Notes: a model not told the origin generated them from the sequence alone. A stretch of 63,442 bases of DNA, filler included, from Octopus bimaculoides (GCF_001194135.2; 5 parts of 5 records of this genome joined end to end with filler, not necessarily neighbours in it), one strand, 5' to 3'. Positions 23,563-36,527 are shown, counted from the first letter of the whole stretch. Numbers and translations: made by a program.

Positions 23563-24860
23563 ACATCAGAGGACTGTTTATCACTTAGTAACAGGATAAA
23601 AATCCCTTTCTTGAGAGACCTTGTTGCATGCAATCAAGCCTTATGCATAGCACTTACGGAAACACACCTGAAACCAGATATAGGAAATGCAGAAATACAC
23701 ATACCACAGTATGTTGTATTACAGACCAACAGGAAAGAAAGGAGTCATGGTGGGGTTGCTATGTACATCTGCGAAGACCTCACACCCCAGATCCTTTTGT
23801 CACACTCAAATTCATTATATGACACACTAATTATGATATAAGGCAATTTGATGTAGGTATATGTGCTACATATCGCCCTCCAGAAGTTCCGAATCTTGTA
23901 GGCAAGTTTGAAGACTGCCTTACAAGAATAGAAGTTCTAGTCACATTAGAACAACACATAAGTGTACTTCTTATGGGATACTTCAATCTGCCCACTGTCA
24001 GATGGCCCGAGGGCCTTTATCTCCCAGGAATGACACGATACGAACAAGGACAGGTGAAGTCCCTCCTGAACCTCATTAACACTTTGTACATGGAACAAAT
24101 AGTACTCCAACCAACCAGGGCAGGTAACATACTGGATCTCTGCTTCACAAATAATATGGATCTCATCCATAATGTGAAAGCGACGCCGACGCTACTCTCG
24201 GATCACAACATGGTAGAGCTGACCATGTACGTACCAAAGGAAACCATGGACATGCAGCCTACAAGAAACTCTCAGAATCTTTCCAGCTTGAACTTCCATA
24301 AGGCAAAATGGATACAAAGTGAGAAAGAGATCCTCAAACAAAACTGGCCTAAATGTCTCTCCTCACCGGACATCGACATGCAACTGCAACAATTCATGTC
24401 TGTAATGCAAGCCATATGCTACAAATGTGTCCCGGAGAGAAAGGCCACTGTACACAAGAAGAAAATCCCCAGGGAGAGGAAAATTCTTATGAGACAGCGT
24501 ACAAGAGTTTCAAATCGCCTAAACGAACAAATTGAAAGCAGTGAAAAGACCCGCCTGAAAATACAACTGCTGGAGATCGAAAGAAATCTGCAACTCTCCC
24601 ATGACAAAGAAAGAGCAGACAAAAAAGCCTGGGCTGCAGACAATATAAAATCTAACCCCAGAGCTTTCTACAAGTTTACCAAAAAACAGCTTCAGTGCAC
24701 TGCAGGATAGGGCCTCTCCTCGAAAAAGACGATACACTCACAGGAAACCCAAGGAGGATAAGTGAAATACTAAATGAGCAAATCAAAAGTATTTTCATTC
24801 AACCCCCTAGGACACTTGCAAGTCGGCAATCCAACTGACTTTTTTACCACTGCAGATATA
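23547..24860 (+). mobile_element. CR1-type LINE ORF2: APE endonuclease plus spacer, lost before the RT
   Basis: LLNIRGL, IALTETHL, HGGVAMYI, YRPP, GYFNLP (catalytic GDFN Asp changed to Tyr), PTRAGNILDLCFTN, SDHN, IKSNPRAFYKF, GPL. Several stops and frameshifts; ends at an (AT)n run. Confidence 0.92.
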
Positions 24861-24879
24861 CATACAGAAATATGTATAT

Positions 24880-24920
<41 letters not shown>

Positions 24921-25276
24921 TATATATAAAACAGAGATGTGTGTGTAATCGCTTTTCACGTGAAATCGACTTCACCAAATGCTTCCATACTTGTGATGCA
25001 TGAATAATTTGACCTCGGATAAATGTTAGGCTCTTCATTTGATTTTTTTAATTAAAAATAAATAATATTGCTTTATATTTAAGATTCACTTCTTTAAAAA
25101 GGTTCCTCAATGTCAACTTCCGGTATTGACGTAACAACGGCAAAAAGCTTCACTCTCTATTTTGTGTGTGAGTGTGTGTGTGAGTGTGTATGAGAGAGAG
25201 AGAGAGAGAGAGTAAATACTACATACACACCGCTCTCTCACTCTGTCTCACACACATACTCACGTACACACACACC

Positions 25277-25549
25277 CCTTGACACACTTACACTCTGTCT
25301 CTTACAAACACACACATACATAAATGTATACAAACATATTTACAAAGACACACGTGTGTATGCGCGCGCGTATGTGTTTGTAAGAGACAGAGTGTGAGTG
25401 AGTCAAGGGCTGTGTTGTCATATGCATACATCCAAAGATGTATGTATATTTATGCATGTACGTATACATGACAACAAACCTCTCTCTCTCACTCACACTC
25501 TGTCTCTTACAAACACACACATACATAAATGTATACAAACATATTTACA
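25277..25549. repeat. Direct-inverted-direct triplication
   Basis: Identical 54-mer at 25291-25344 and 25496-25549, with a reverse-complement copy at about 25371-25430 between them. Confidence 0.85.
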
Positions 25550-26117
25550 NNNNNNNNNNNNNNNNNNNNNNNNNNNNNNNNNNNNNNNNNNNNTTAATTA
25601 ATTAANNNNNNNNNNNNNNNNNNNNNNNNNNNNNNNNNNNNNNNNNNNNTATATATATATACTAAATACATAATAAATACATACATACATACATATACAA
25701 TGTGAATAAATTGTCGTCTAAGTTACGCAAAGATGAAAATAACACTCACATCTCCTTTTACCAAATATATTTACCAAAGTAATATTAACATATCTTGAAA
25801 GGGTAATTTTATTAAACAAAGTCGCCATACGCTTCAAACGCATCTCCGGATGACTTCCGAATCTCCTGCAACTCTTCGGGACGGATTCTATGCTTATGCT
25901 TTTGAATGTTTCTATAATCCTTGCCTTCAGCTCATCTTTGGTGTGGCAAATTTTGTTTGTCTCTTGTTCAACTTCACTCCACACAAACATAGTGATAAAT
26001 GTTGCAAACTGAGGAGTTAGGTAGCCAGATGTTAGGCATGGTGTTGTCACGGAAATTGTCTGTCAGTCATGACTGGGTTCTCCTACATGTGTAGCATCGT
26101 GTATAGTCCTGTTGCCA

Positions 26118-26322
26118 AGTTTTCTGGACATATTTCTCCATAAAATCCCGGATCAACGATCTACATCAGGTTATGTTACCAACAACATTAGCTCTTTGCC
26201 AGGGTGGGCCATGTTGTCCCATATATGACTGAGGTGTGAATCCTGATCTAAAAGACTTCACCTTGTGGTGCTATTAAATTAGACATGGCCACAATATATA
26301 GAGCAGCAATTACCACATGAGC
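26118..26322 (+). mobile_element. Foreign insert in the maT, probably a CR1 3' end
   Basis: Reads FLDIFLHKIPDQRSTSGYV, resembling the CR1 ORF2 C-terminal LDKFL..IPD.P...GY. It interrupts the maT between GLNTEA and WQQD. Confidence 0.5.
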
Positions 26323-26588
26323 TAGGCCTCTGTGTTGAGCCTAAAGACGTCTCGGGAAATGAATCGAGGCATAACGTCGCCACTACAAGTGATCACAGCA
26401 AACACCATCCTGTTGACTGGAGGTTCGAATTATTTCCCTCTCGGTTGGTACATGTTTTCTCGTCTGAGAAAATCCAAAGCATGACCGGTCGGAGGTGATA
26501 CTTGAGTTTCTTCAACAATTCCGTAACGGGGTCTTTCCTCATTTACTTGACGGCATGGGACACAAATTGGTCCTTTCTCATCTTGCAT

Positions 26589-26800
26589 GAATTGTGAGAA
26601 AAGATCACTTATGTTCAGCTCCCAAAATTACTGCAGAGCTTAATGAGTACCGCGAGAACCTAGTTTCCACAGAAACTGTTCGCGGGAGCTGCACAAAGTC
26701 GGATTTCATAGGAGGGCTGCAATCAGAAAACCACTAATTTCAAAAAACAAACGTTGCAAAGCATTTAGAGTGGAGTAAAATCTACAGAATTGTTCCCTAG
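26589..26800 (+). mobile_element. Tc1-family transposase fragment (second HTH region) nested in the maT
   Basis: RIVRKDHLCSAPKITAELNE..VSTETVR/RELHKVGFHRRAAIRKPLISK..AKHLEWSK, with frameshifts. Confidence 0.8.
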
Positions 26801-27070
26801 ATAAGGAACAGAGACCCTCCCATGTCTCTCGCGAGAGATCAGGTTGGCTTGAAGGGATCGATTTCAATCATGGCCTGAATCTCACCAACAAATGCAGTTC
26901 ATTTGTTATCAGAACGATCACAGTGAATTTTATGAGCTGCCGTATTTTTCTAATCATCATTAGACTAATTCAACTTTTTCCAAAACGTCTGCACACAAAA
27001 TCAAAAAGAAGCGATGTGCCTGAGCGAAATTAAACACATAAGATGGCGGCAATATAGGCACCGCCCCGTG

Positions 27071-27123
<53 letters not shown>

Positions 27124-27134
27124 TGGTGCCCCAG

Positions 27135-27470
27135 CATTGCGGGTTGTTTTACTTGATGGCCCACATCAGGGGGCTCCACATTTGGTAACTCGCATGATTT
27201 CTTCCTCTGATGCGAATTTTGCTTTGCTTTGAAGTTTCTTAAGTTTCGGTGGTTGCCTTTGGCTGTTGATTATTTGTTGTTCCTTAAATATCTGTTGCAG
27301 ACATGGGTACTGGTGTAGAATTGGTAGAAGGTGTTTGGTTGTTTGTAGAATATTGCGATTCTAGGGATTGTGAGTGATAACAAATGGGATATTCTTATGT
27401 TCACTTTTCCGTTTATCCTCAGTAAAAGTGTTTTTATTCTTAGTGTACAAATTGGGATATGTGTAGCTTA
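27135..27470 (-). mobile_element. Penelope-like element linker region (inverted segment)
   Basis: KNIPFVITHNP*NRNIL..INSQRQPPKLKK..AKF..VTKCGAP*CG, the region between the RT thumb and the endonuclease. Confidence 0.8.
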
Positions 27471-27479
27471 ATTTATCGG

Positions 27480-27875
27480 CAAGTTACCAAATGTGTAGAC
27501 CCCCTACGTGGGACAGGTGATTTAATAGAACAGGGACCAGCTAAAACATTCAAGAATGGAAAAGAATTAAAGGTGACAGCACATATGAACTGCAGGAGCA
27601 AAAACCTGGTATATTGTATTACATGCCCACGATGCAACGAACATTATATTGAGGAAACAAAAACGAAACTAACCAAACCGTGTAAATGTGAATAGACATC
27701 AAATAAAATATCCCGCACTAAGATGCATACCATGTAGCAATCATCTGGACACCTATGCACAAGGAAAATTTACAATTTTCCTTCTTCATAAAATAAATGA
27801 AGAGAATGATCTTCTCCGGAAGGCAAAACAAGAATATTTTATAAGATTTCTGAGTTCAAAACTAAACCGGAAACA
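27480..27875 (+). mobile_element. Penelope-like GIY-YIG endonuclease
   Basis: VTKC..MNCRSKNLVYCITCPRCNEHYIEET, then HQIK..CSNHL..RKAKQEYFIRFLSSKLN. Confidence 0.88.
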
Positions 27876-28249
27876 GTCAACAACAATCTTACTGAAAACA
27901 CCTTGCACAATATATATATAACACGTGCTTGAAAACGTTAAGAGCTGAAAGAGATTGCACATCTATAAAAGTAAAGCCTACACACATTTTGTGAAATCTG
28001 TTCCCAAAAGGTAGTGTCTTTCGAATTTCTAAAAAAGGTTCTTTTCTCAATCCTAATTTTCTGAGAAAAACATTTTCTATCCAAATATTATAAGTGTATC
28101 AAGGAATTTCCCAAATACTATACATATATATATATATACGATACGTACACATAGTTCAAAAATTTAGTAACACACACACACACACACACACGCACACACA
28201 CACACGCGCGCGCGCGTATATATATATATATCCAACTTATTATAAATGC

Positions 28250-29539
28250 CAAACAACACCACAGACGTTCTGTTCGATTTTATCTTTTTTTTTAAATTGA
28301 ATGAAATTTAATAGTATTTCAGAATGTCAAGTGGAATTTAAGATCAATGCATTTGTGTACATTTAAACTAATTAAATATTATTTTACAGAATAACAGAAT
28401 GAAAATTTCTTTCATTAAAACCCTTTCTAACGTTGAAGTATCCAAACAGCATTTGAGGCACATAATGTTTATGAGTACAAAACAGGAAACTCTTCAGCCG
28501 CAGTGGCGCGAAACATACACTCAGTTTATGGAAAATAATGCTTGTATGAAAGAACTTGCAGAAGATACTTTGCAAAATTTAGAAGTAGAGATTTCAGCCT
28601 TGAAAGTGAAGATCGAACAGGACGTTCAGATGAGTTCGATGAGAAGGTCCTTGAGGCATCACTTGAAGAAAATCCTGCATTATCATTTGTTGAATTCGCA
28701 ATAAAGCTTAGTTCAAGCCATATAACTGTTCATCGTCATCTTCTGCAACTTGAAAAGATTCCGCAACTTGGAAAATGTGTGCCTCATGAATTGTCCGAAA
28801 GCAACTGCAAATCCGCAGTTGACATCTGCTCTTCCCTTCATTATCGCCAACTCATTTCACTCTTTTCGCATAGTCCTGCGACTGGTGAGGAAAAATGGAT
28901 CTCCTATCGAAATGTTAAACGTCGTATACAATACTTTGGTAAAAGGGAATAAAACTTAACCGCAACTGAGAAGGGAACTTCATGGAAAAAAGGTTCTTCT
29001 CTCTATCTGGTGAGATTGCAAAGAGTAATTCACTTTGAATTGTTACCACCTAATGCAACAATCAATGCTCAAATCTAGTATCAACAATTAGAACGTTTGA
29101 ACCAAGCTTTGAAGAAAAAAGCCTTCCGCTTTAGTGAATCGAAAAGGAGTAATGTTTCATCAGGACAATCCGCGACCCCACACTGCAAAGATCACATCAC
29201 AGAAGATCGAAGATCTTAGTTTGGAAAAAAAAAAATCCTCAACACCCTTATTCCCCTGACCTTGCTCCTTCAGACTACCATTCCATTCGTAGTTTATAGA
29301 ATCATTTGGGGGACATAACTTTCGAAAGCCAGGAAGAGGTCGAAACTGATATTTCAGAGTTATTTACTTTGAAACCAAATGAGTTTTACATTGATGGGAT
29401 TAAAAAGCTTGTAAATAGATGGAAACACGTCATAGATAATCAGGGAAAGTACATTGATGATTAAATTTCAATTAATGTAACATTTGATTGGTTGTTTTCT
29501 TTAATCAAAATACGGACAGAACTTACGGCATGGCCTGAT
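28250..29539 (+). mobile_element. Near full-length mariner, inactivated
   Basis: HLRHIM, FAKFRSRDFSLESEDRTGR, CVPHEL, TGEEKW, FHQDN.RPH, YSPDLAPSDY, KYIDD*. Right TIR ggacagaacttacggcatggcctgat followed by TA; left TIR degenerate. Confidence 0.95.
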
Positions 29540-30491
29540 TATAAACTCCTATAAGTGAGGCGCGATATGGCGAAGGATTACTGTCTCTGAATTTTAAGTT
29601 TCAAATGTGTTATATGAGTATAGCGTGATTAGCCTTTGAAAGTGTAGATACCCCGCTACGTCCGTGCATTAATATCACATGGCTACATTTTCGCAACGAA
29701 ATTAATGCTGGCATGTTTGAGCGAACATAAATGGTGTAATCTTTAATCTTTGAAGTCGTGGATTGAATAGCTCTTTCTATTTAGCCCAATAGTTGAATAG
29801 TTATCGTTTGTGTCTCTGTAAGCAGGCATCAAATTTTCTTCTCCACTAAAATTGTGCCTTAGTGTCATACGGAAAATGTGATATTGCCAATACTTATGTT
29901 GCTAGCTGTATAATTTCAAAAAGTCTCTGTGAAAGCTTGTCGTGAAAGTAGTTTATTAAAATGTATTCAGTTTTAAAATGTATTCATTCTTGTATGAATA
30001 TATTTTCTTTGTTTATCCGTGCTTGTTGAATATTATTGACTGAACAAAAGTGATGTGGAAAGACTTGCAATTTGGGATATTCATTTTTTTTTTTTTTTCT
30101 GTTTTTGCACATATGAGTTTGTATCCACCCACTCGGATATGTTTATTACTGAGGTTTTGTTTTCGTTGTCTACGAACAGTGTGAGGCTGAGTCTTATTTG
30201 ATAAGTGCAATCCCCGTTACATCCTTTAAATTTTATATGATATATTAAATGTTCTCACGAGCAGGTGAAAAGATTTTTTACTGTAGAAATCTAGCCCGAA
30301 AAAAACTTACATATTTTGTCTCCAATAAGTTGATGTAAGACGCGCAATTAGGAGTTGGGGGCGCACGTTTTGAATGTTGATGTNNNNNNNNNNNNNNNNN
30401 NNNNNNNNNNNNNNNNNNNNNNNNNNNTTAATTAATTAANNNNNNNNNNNNNNNNNNNNNNNNNNNNNNNNNNNNNNNNNNNNTTAGATAG

Positions 30492-30522
<31 letters not shown>

Positions 30523-31718
30523 GATAGATAGATAGATACATACATACATACATACATACATACATACATACATACATACATACATAGAAACAAAATTACA
30601 TTTTATATAATGACGGTAGCTTTTTACTCAGAAAGCACTAATTACCTCTATGTGTATACGCTTAGTATGAATTTTTCTTCCCACAAGATAAACACTTTCC
30701 ATATGTGTGTATGTGTTTGTGTATAATTATGTGTATGTGAGCGCGCTCGTTTATGTCTGTCGTTGTGTGTGTGTGTGTATGTGGTGTGTGTGCGTGCATA
30801 CGTATTAGAGTGGATGTTCGCGTGTTAGTGATACGTGTGTGTGTAATTGCTTACATATAATGAGAAACACATTGATTGATACATGAATTCTCATCTGGTA
30901 TTCTGTATGATCACTGAAAACACTCCGCCACCAATCAGCTTCTTGACGCTATCTATATCTTTCATTTTGGTTCTCCCTCCTCTTTTATATTCCTCTCTAG
31001 TTTGAATTAATTTAGCCTTTGTGACATCAACGCTGCCAATACACGGAACATTACCATCAATAACATAAAATAATCCCCTAAACTATCATTAGCTGTTGCG
31101 CTTACAATATTGATATCATTTGATGTGAATCTCTTTGCTTTTGTAAAGTAAAATTCATGAGATTTTATTCAGCGAGAGATAAGAGAACGTTATTAAACTA
31201 TACTATGCTGCATGAAATGGTAAAAGGTTTAGATAAATGTTTAGAAAAATTGTATCCGTTATANNNNNNNNNNNNNNNNNNNNNNNNNNNNNNNNNNNNN
31301 NNNNNNNNNNNNNNNNNNNNNNNNNNNNNNNNNNNNNNNNNNNNNNNNNNNNNNNNNNNNNNNNNNNNNNNNNNNNNNNNNNNNNNNNNNNNNNNNNNNN
31401 NNNNNNNNNNNNNNNNNNNNNNNNNNNNNNNNNNNNNNNNNNNNNNNNNNNNNNNNNNNNNNNNNNNNNNNNNNNNNNNNNNNNNNNNNNNNNNNNNNNN
31501 NNNNNNNNNNNNNNNNNNNNNNNNNNNNNNNNNNNNNNNNNNNNNNNNNNNNNNNNNNNNNNNNNNNNNNNNNNNNNNNNNNNNNNNNNNNNNNNNNNNN
31601 NNNNNNNNNNNNNNNNNNNNNNNNNNNNNNNNNNNNNNNNNNNNNNNNNNNNNNNNNNNNNNNNNNNNNNNNNNNNNNNNNNNNNNNNNNNNNNNNNNNN
31701 NNNNNNNNNNNNNNNNNN

Positions 31719-31775
<57 letters not shown>

Positions 31776-32230
31776 CGCATATATTTATGTATATACATAT
31801 ATACACACACACAAAAATATATAAATATACACATACATATACCGATGTAAGCACATGAATGTGAAACAAGGTGGAAAAAAGAGTACTCAAATACCAGAAG
31901 TACAGTAATATGCTTTATTTAAAAGCAGCAGAAATATCACAAAAACTGTTACTCAGAGTTTTACGTTCCTGTTTGTGGGACAGTTTTGTTAGAATGGAAG
32001 AGAAATGTGGATATAATCGAACAAAAACGAAAGGAATTAGTTTAAAGGATACAGCTTTGAAAATGGTTTTGTTTGAGTGGTTTAGGTCGGGATTTAGACC
32101 GTTAGTTGAAAGGATAACTTATTAATATTTGGCGACATTTTTCTTTTTTTGCATATATTATGTTTTTAACACATTATTTAATGCAGTAATCTTGCAAAAT
32201 GATAATGCCATCTATTTTATGCTTTTACCA

Positions 32231-33144
32231 TCAAACTGGTATCCCTTTTTTATGTTTTTCTTCTATTCCTATTATTAAAGCTTTCTCTATTTTATCTTGA
32301 ATCATGTCTGTTGTATATGACGACCACTTCGTAGATAATTTTGTTCCAGAAGCTACAGATCTTCTAATGGCAGTATCATTCCATTTGGTCGTTCTTGTCG
32401 TAGCGCCGTCCAAGCAGAAAACTCTAACCAAGGAAGCTGCACTTTCGCCCATACGAAGACGATCGAAAATATTGATCTTTGTTTCCAAAGAATTTGATGT
32501 TCTTTTATTTTCCTTAGATATATCAACCGACATTTTGGGGTAGTTTATCACTATCGCTATCGCAAATAAAAAATGTAGCAGAGGATGAAACACGTAACAT
32601 GTCTTTCGTATTAGACTCGATACTAGAGACAGCCGCAGCGCACCGTCTGAAGGAGGAGCAGTTACACGCAGCCAGAGGTATGTACAGAGCATTGGTCCCG
32701 CCGACAACGGAGAGTAGTGGATCACTATACGGAATAACATAGATTGGATCCTATTTTACTTCGCTAAATTGTTACTTATTTATTTTACATAGTGTTTCGG
32801 CGTTTTGTAAATTATAATTGATTGATGTTTAAGGACAGATGTTTAAACGCTGTTAAAGTAAGAAAAAACAAAGGCAAAAAATATAATCAGTTCCTTTTGT
32901 TGGACCGTGGTATTTCAAAAACCGTGCAAAAAGAATATGCGTAAAAAGAGAATTGAGTGTATGTGCGAATTGTTTTGTTAATCGGTGTCGGGTTTCCACA
33001 ACTCTGTAAATTATAGTAATGGTATATATAAGCTTAATGCTTATACCGATAACCGTGCAAATGCCTAAGGAAAATAGTCTAATAATGGGGGTTATAAGCG
33101 CTCGACAGAAAAAATAAGGGCTTCTCGTACACGTGGGACCACAG
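32231..33144 (-). mobile_element. pogo/Tigger 5' portion (CENP-B-type HTH N-terminus)
   Basis: From ATG 32533: KRTSNSLETKINIFDRLRMGESAASLVRVFCLDGATTRT..EKALIIGIEE..KKGIPV. Putative terminus TA plus ctgtggtcccacgtg at 33146-33130. Confidence 0.8.
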
Positions 33145-33835
33145 TATAATTTCAATCGAATGTCAGCGTGCACAATAATTTTTATATTCCACTGGAGCAT
33201 CTAAAATTGTCTGACAATGTCGCTCATTAATTTTCTACAATCTTCACAATCAATTTATGACTCGATGGAGTGGAGGCATCGTAGCGTTATTATAGAGTGC
33301 TACCTTTCAGCGTTTTTCTTTCTTTCTTTCTTTCTTTCTTTTTTTTTTTGTCTTTTATACAATTGCAACATACACCCAAAGGATTCCAATTCTATCCTAA
33401 ATGTGTGTACAAAAGAATTTCCAAATGACATGAGATCAATTCTGACAATTCAACATTTGGATAGATGAGCGGAAATACGGCAGCTGACATTCGAGCATCT
33501 TTCTGTAGAACAATGAGCGGAAAACACGACATGATAACAAAGAATGAACAAAGATAATTTTATTGAAACAATTACAATCCAACTTTAATTCAGCAATTCA
33601 TTATGATATTTATTTATAATTTAAATGGTTCTGTTTGTCAAAATATATTTGTCAATATTTGAATATTTAAAGTACATATTACTTCTGTATTTTTAAGTGT
33701 GTTATTGAAATATTTTGGGATTAATTTAATTCATTATAATAGAAACGATGTGTAATATTCAGTTTATTTTTGTGTACACACACATACACGCATGTATAAA
33801 TGGATGCATATATGTGTGCTGTATTTAAGTATCTA

Positions 33836-33867
<32 letters not shown>

Positions 33868-34297
33868 NNNNNNNNNNNNNNNNNNNNNNNNNNNNNNNNN
33901 NNNNNNNNNNNNNNNNNNNNNNNNNNNNNNNNNNNNNNNNNNNNNNNNNNNNNNNNNNNNNNNNNNNNNNNNNNNNNNNNNNNNNNNNNNNNNNNNNNNN
34001 NNNNNNNNNNNNNNNNNNNNNNNNNNNNNNNNNNNNNNNNNNNNNNNNNNNNNNNNNNNNNNNNNNNNNNNNNNNNNNNNNNNNNNNNNNNNNNNNNNNN
34101 NNNNNNNNNNNNNNNNNNNNNNNNNNNNNNNNNNNNNNNNNNNNNNNNNNNNNNNNNNNNNNNNNNNNNNNNNNNNNNNNNNNNNNNNNNNNNNNNNNNN
34201 NNNNNNNNNNNNNNNNNNNNNNNNNNNNNNNNNNNNNNNNNNNNNNNNNNNNNNNNNNNNNNNNNTATGTATATATATATATATAGATGGATAGATG

Positions 34298-34333
<36 letters not shown>

Positions 34334-34355
34334 CCTACATACATACATACATACA

Positions 34356-34386
<31 letters not shown>

Positions 34387-34629
34387 GAAAGAAAGAGAGA
34401 AGGGCAGGAATACATCTATATGGAGTTGGGGATGATGTATGTTTTCTATTAAGATGCGGTATATTACTTTCTCGATTACTTATGTATATGTAAATGTACA
34501 TTCATTTCCATTTGTGTTGAAGTAGAGAGAATATTTTAATTAATATTTGAATTATATAAAATATAAATGCTTGCTAAGTTTATTCAAGCAATAACTGCAT
34601 TTGTTCCTGCATCAATATATGCACTTGTG

Positions 34630-34730
34630 CTATTCCGCCGAGGTTGACTTTGGCTTTCATCGTTTCGGGGAAGATAAATTAGGTACCAGTTGCGTACTGG
34701 AGCCGTCCTAATAGACTGGTGCTGTCCCCA
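34630..34730 (+). mobile_element. SINE family A, central part
   Basis: attccgccgaggttgactttggctttcatcgtttcgggg..ggtaccagttgcgtactgg. Confidence 0.85.
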
Positions 34731-35366
34731 TTATAACGTAACTAGATTGTGTTCAAATATTAATACTTCTATTCACTTCTCTATGAGAGAATTTTTGTTT
34801 TTAGAATAGAATAATTGCGGAGATAACACTAGCACGCTTAAATAAGTGTACAGATATGACGGGACAATGTTTTACACAAAGGAGACGACATTTCTCATGG
34901 ATAAATATTTATACTCCAAAATTGGAGGATAAAGCCCGAAATAAATTGACAGCCATTGTGACCGGAAAACTTGTCGTAACAAATTTCGCCATTTATGAAA
35001 ATTCTCCGTAAAACAAATGCACCGTACGGAAAATGATAATGCGTATTATACCAGCATTATTAATTTTCTTTAAAATGGAAAAAGCATGATAAAAGCATTA
35101 AATAGGCACGTCTTTATTGAGCAAAAACATTAAAATGAACGTGAAGAGGTAATTTAACATGAAATTTCTTACAACGAATTTTCCTGCGGCTAAAATGTTT
35201 ATGCTAACGATTCTTTTAACTGCTTGTAGAGATTGTCTATTCTGGGGAAGTGAATTTCACCAACAAATTTATGATTGAAGTGGAATTTGATGTATACTAG
35301 TGCAAAAGATTAGGACTTTTCTATTATACTACTGAATTCATTCTTTTCTGTTTATCTTTGATAATA

Positions 35367-36527
35367 TTAGGCTATCAAGAAAGTCCTTGTGGTTTTTAAA
35401 CTTTAAATTCAGATGCACATATCAGAGCTCAAACAAAACTGTATTAATCTAAATAAACACCATCAGAATCAATACACTTTTGCCAACGCGAAACAAGTTT
35501 ATTTATGCCAGTAGCGTAAAAATCCTACGTTTTGGTGACGATGAAGTCGTTGCAGGAATGTTTGGCATCGTCTTGGTTTTTTAAGTATTCTTCACGCAGG
35601 AGGTTGTCGAGATGCTTGAAAGAGTGGTAGGCGAGAGGTCTGGTGTGTATGGTGGATGAGGCAGAGTTTCGTACCGCAATTCGTTCAAATCCTGCAGGGC
35701 CAGTTGTGCGACGTGCGGCGGAGCGTTGTCGTGGAGCAGAATTGGTCCGTTTTTATTTACCAATGCTGGCTGTTGTCGGAGTTTNNNNNNNNNNNNNNNN
35801 NNNNNNNNNNNNNNNNNNNNNNNNNNNNNNNNNNNNNNNNNNNNNTCCATCCACAGAGCTGAGCGTGAGCATCGCTAGTTGTCGTTAAGAATCTAATTCC
35901 ATCACAATTCACAACCCGGTCAAGAAACGGGTCGTTTTTGTTGCGTAACAGAAGGGAAGACATTTCAAAACGGTTTTCCTTTTTTTTTTCTTTTTTTTTT
36001 CAGTTCGTGCAGCACGCATTTCTCAAGTAGTTTTGATTTTCCAATCTCTTTCAAGTGGTTTGAAATTGTCGTATACGTTACGTCTAATTCAGAAGCAAGC
36101 TCTCGAACAGTTGTGCATGGATTGAGCGTTGTCAACATCCGATGGCCGAGCACTACGCTTATCATCTTCAAGACTCTCGTCACCACTACAACATTTCTTG
36201 AACCACCATTGTGATGTATGTTCATTAGTGGTTTCTGGGCCAAATGTATCGTTGATATCGCGAGCTGTTTCAGCAGCGTTTTGGCCTAACTTGAACTGGA
36301 AAAAGAAAATTGTGCGAACTTGTTTTTTGTCCATATTGTATTCAATGTTCCAGAAAAAATTGACCTAATCATTCAAAAACACAAAGAGTAACACTATTAG
36401 ATAGATCGAAAAACGGGATTTAAAATGATATATAAATTCAAAGTAATTTAACGAAAAAAAGTAATTTGAAAATACATCAATTAAAACCAGAATTAAAAAT
36501 TCTGCAAAAACTTTCTTGACAACCTAA
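35367..36527 (-). mobile_element. Full-length Hsmar1-like (cecropia-type) mariner, inactivated, containing a gap
   Basis: TA at both ends; TIRs ttaggctatcaagaaagt / ttaggttgtcaagaaagt. MDKKQVRTIFFFQFKLGQNAAETARDIN, SSLLLRNKNDPFLDRVVNCD, ILLHDNAPPH, HPPYTPDLSP. Confidence 0.95.

Larger units (their letters stand above)
25698..27065 (-). mobile_element. maT-type (DD37D) Tc1/mariner element, decayed, with two nested fragments
   Basis: Minus strand: HCDRSDNK..FVGEIQAMIE..ARDMG, MLWIFSDEK, MVFAVITCSGDVMP, WQQD, NIW, VWSEVEQETNK..TKDELKARI..SCRRF. Confidence 0.88.

Noticed and set aside
27040-27070. YY1 motif (aagatggcggc) and GC box
   Set aside because: It overlaps the decayed 5' end of the maT and may be its mutated start; no independent support.
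30880-31060. CCAAT box and a 60-codon minus-strand open frame
   Set aside because: No recognisable homology and no convincing splice pair; compatible with chance.
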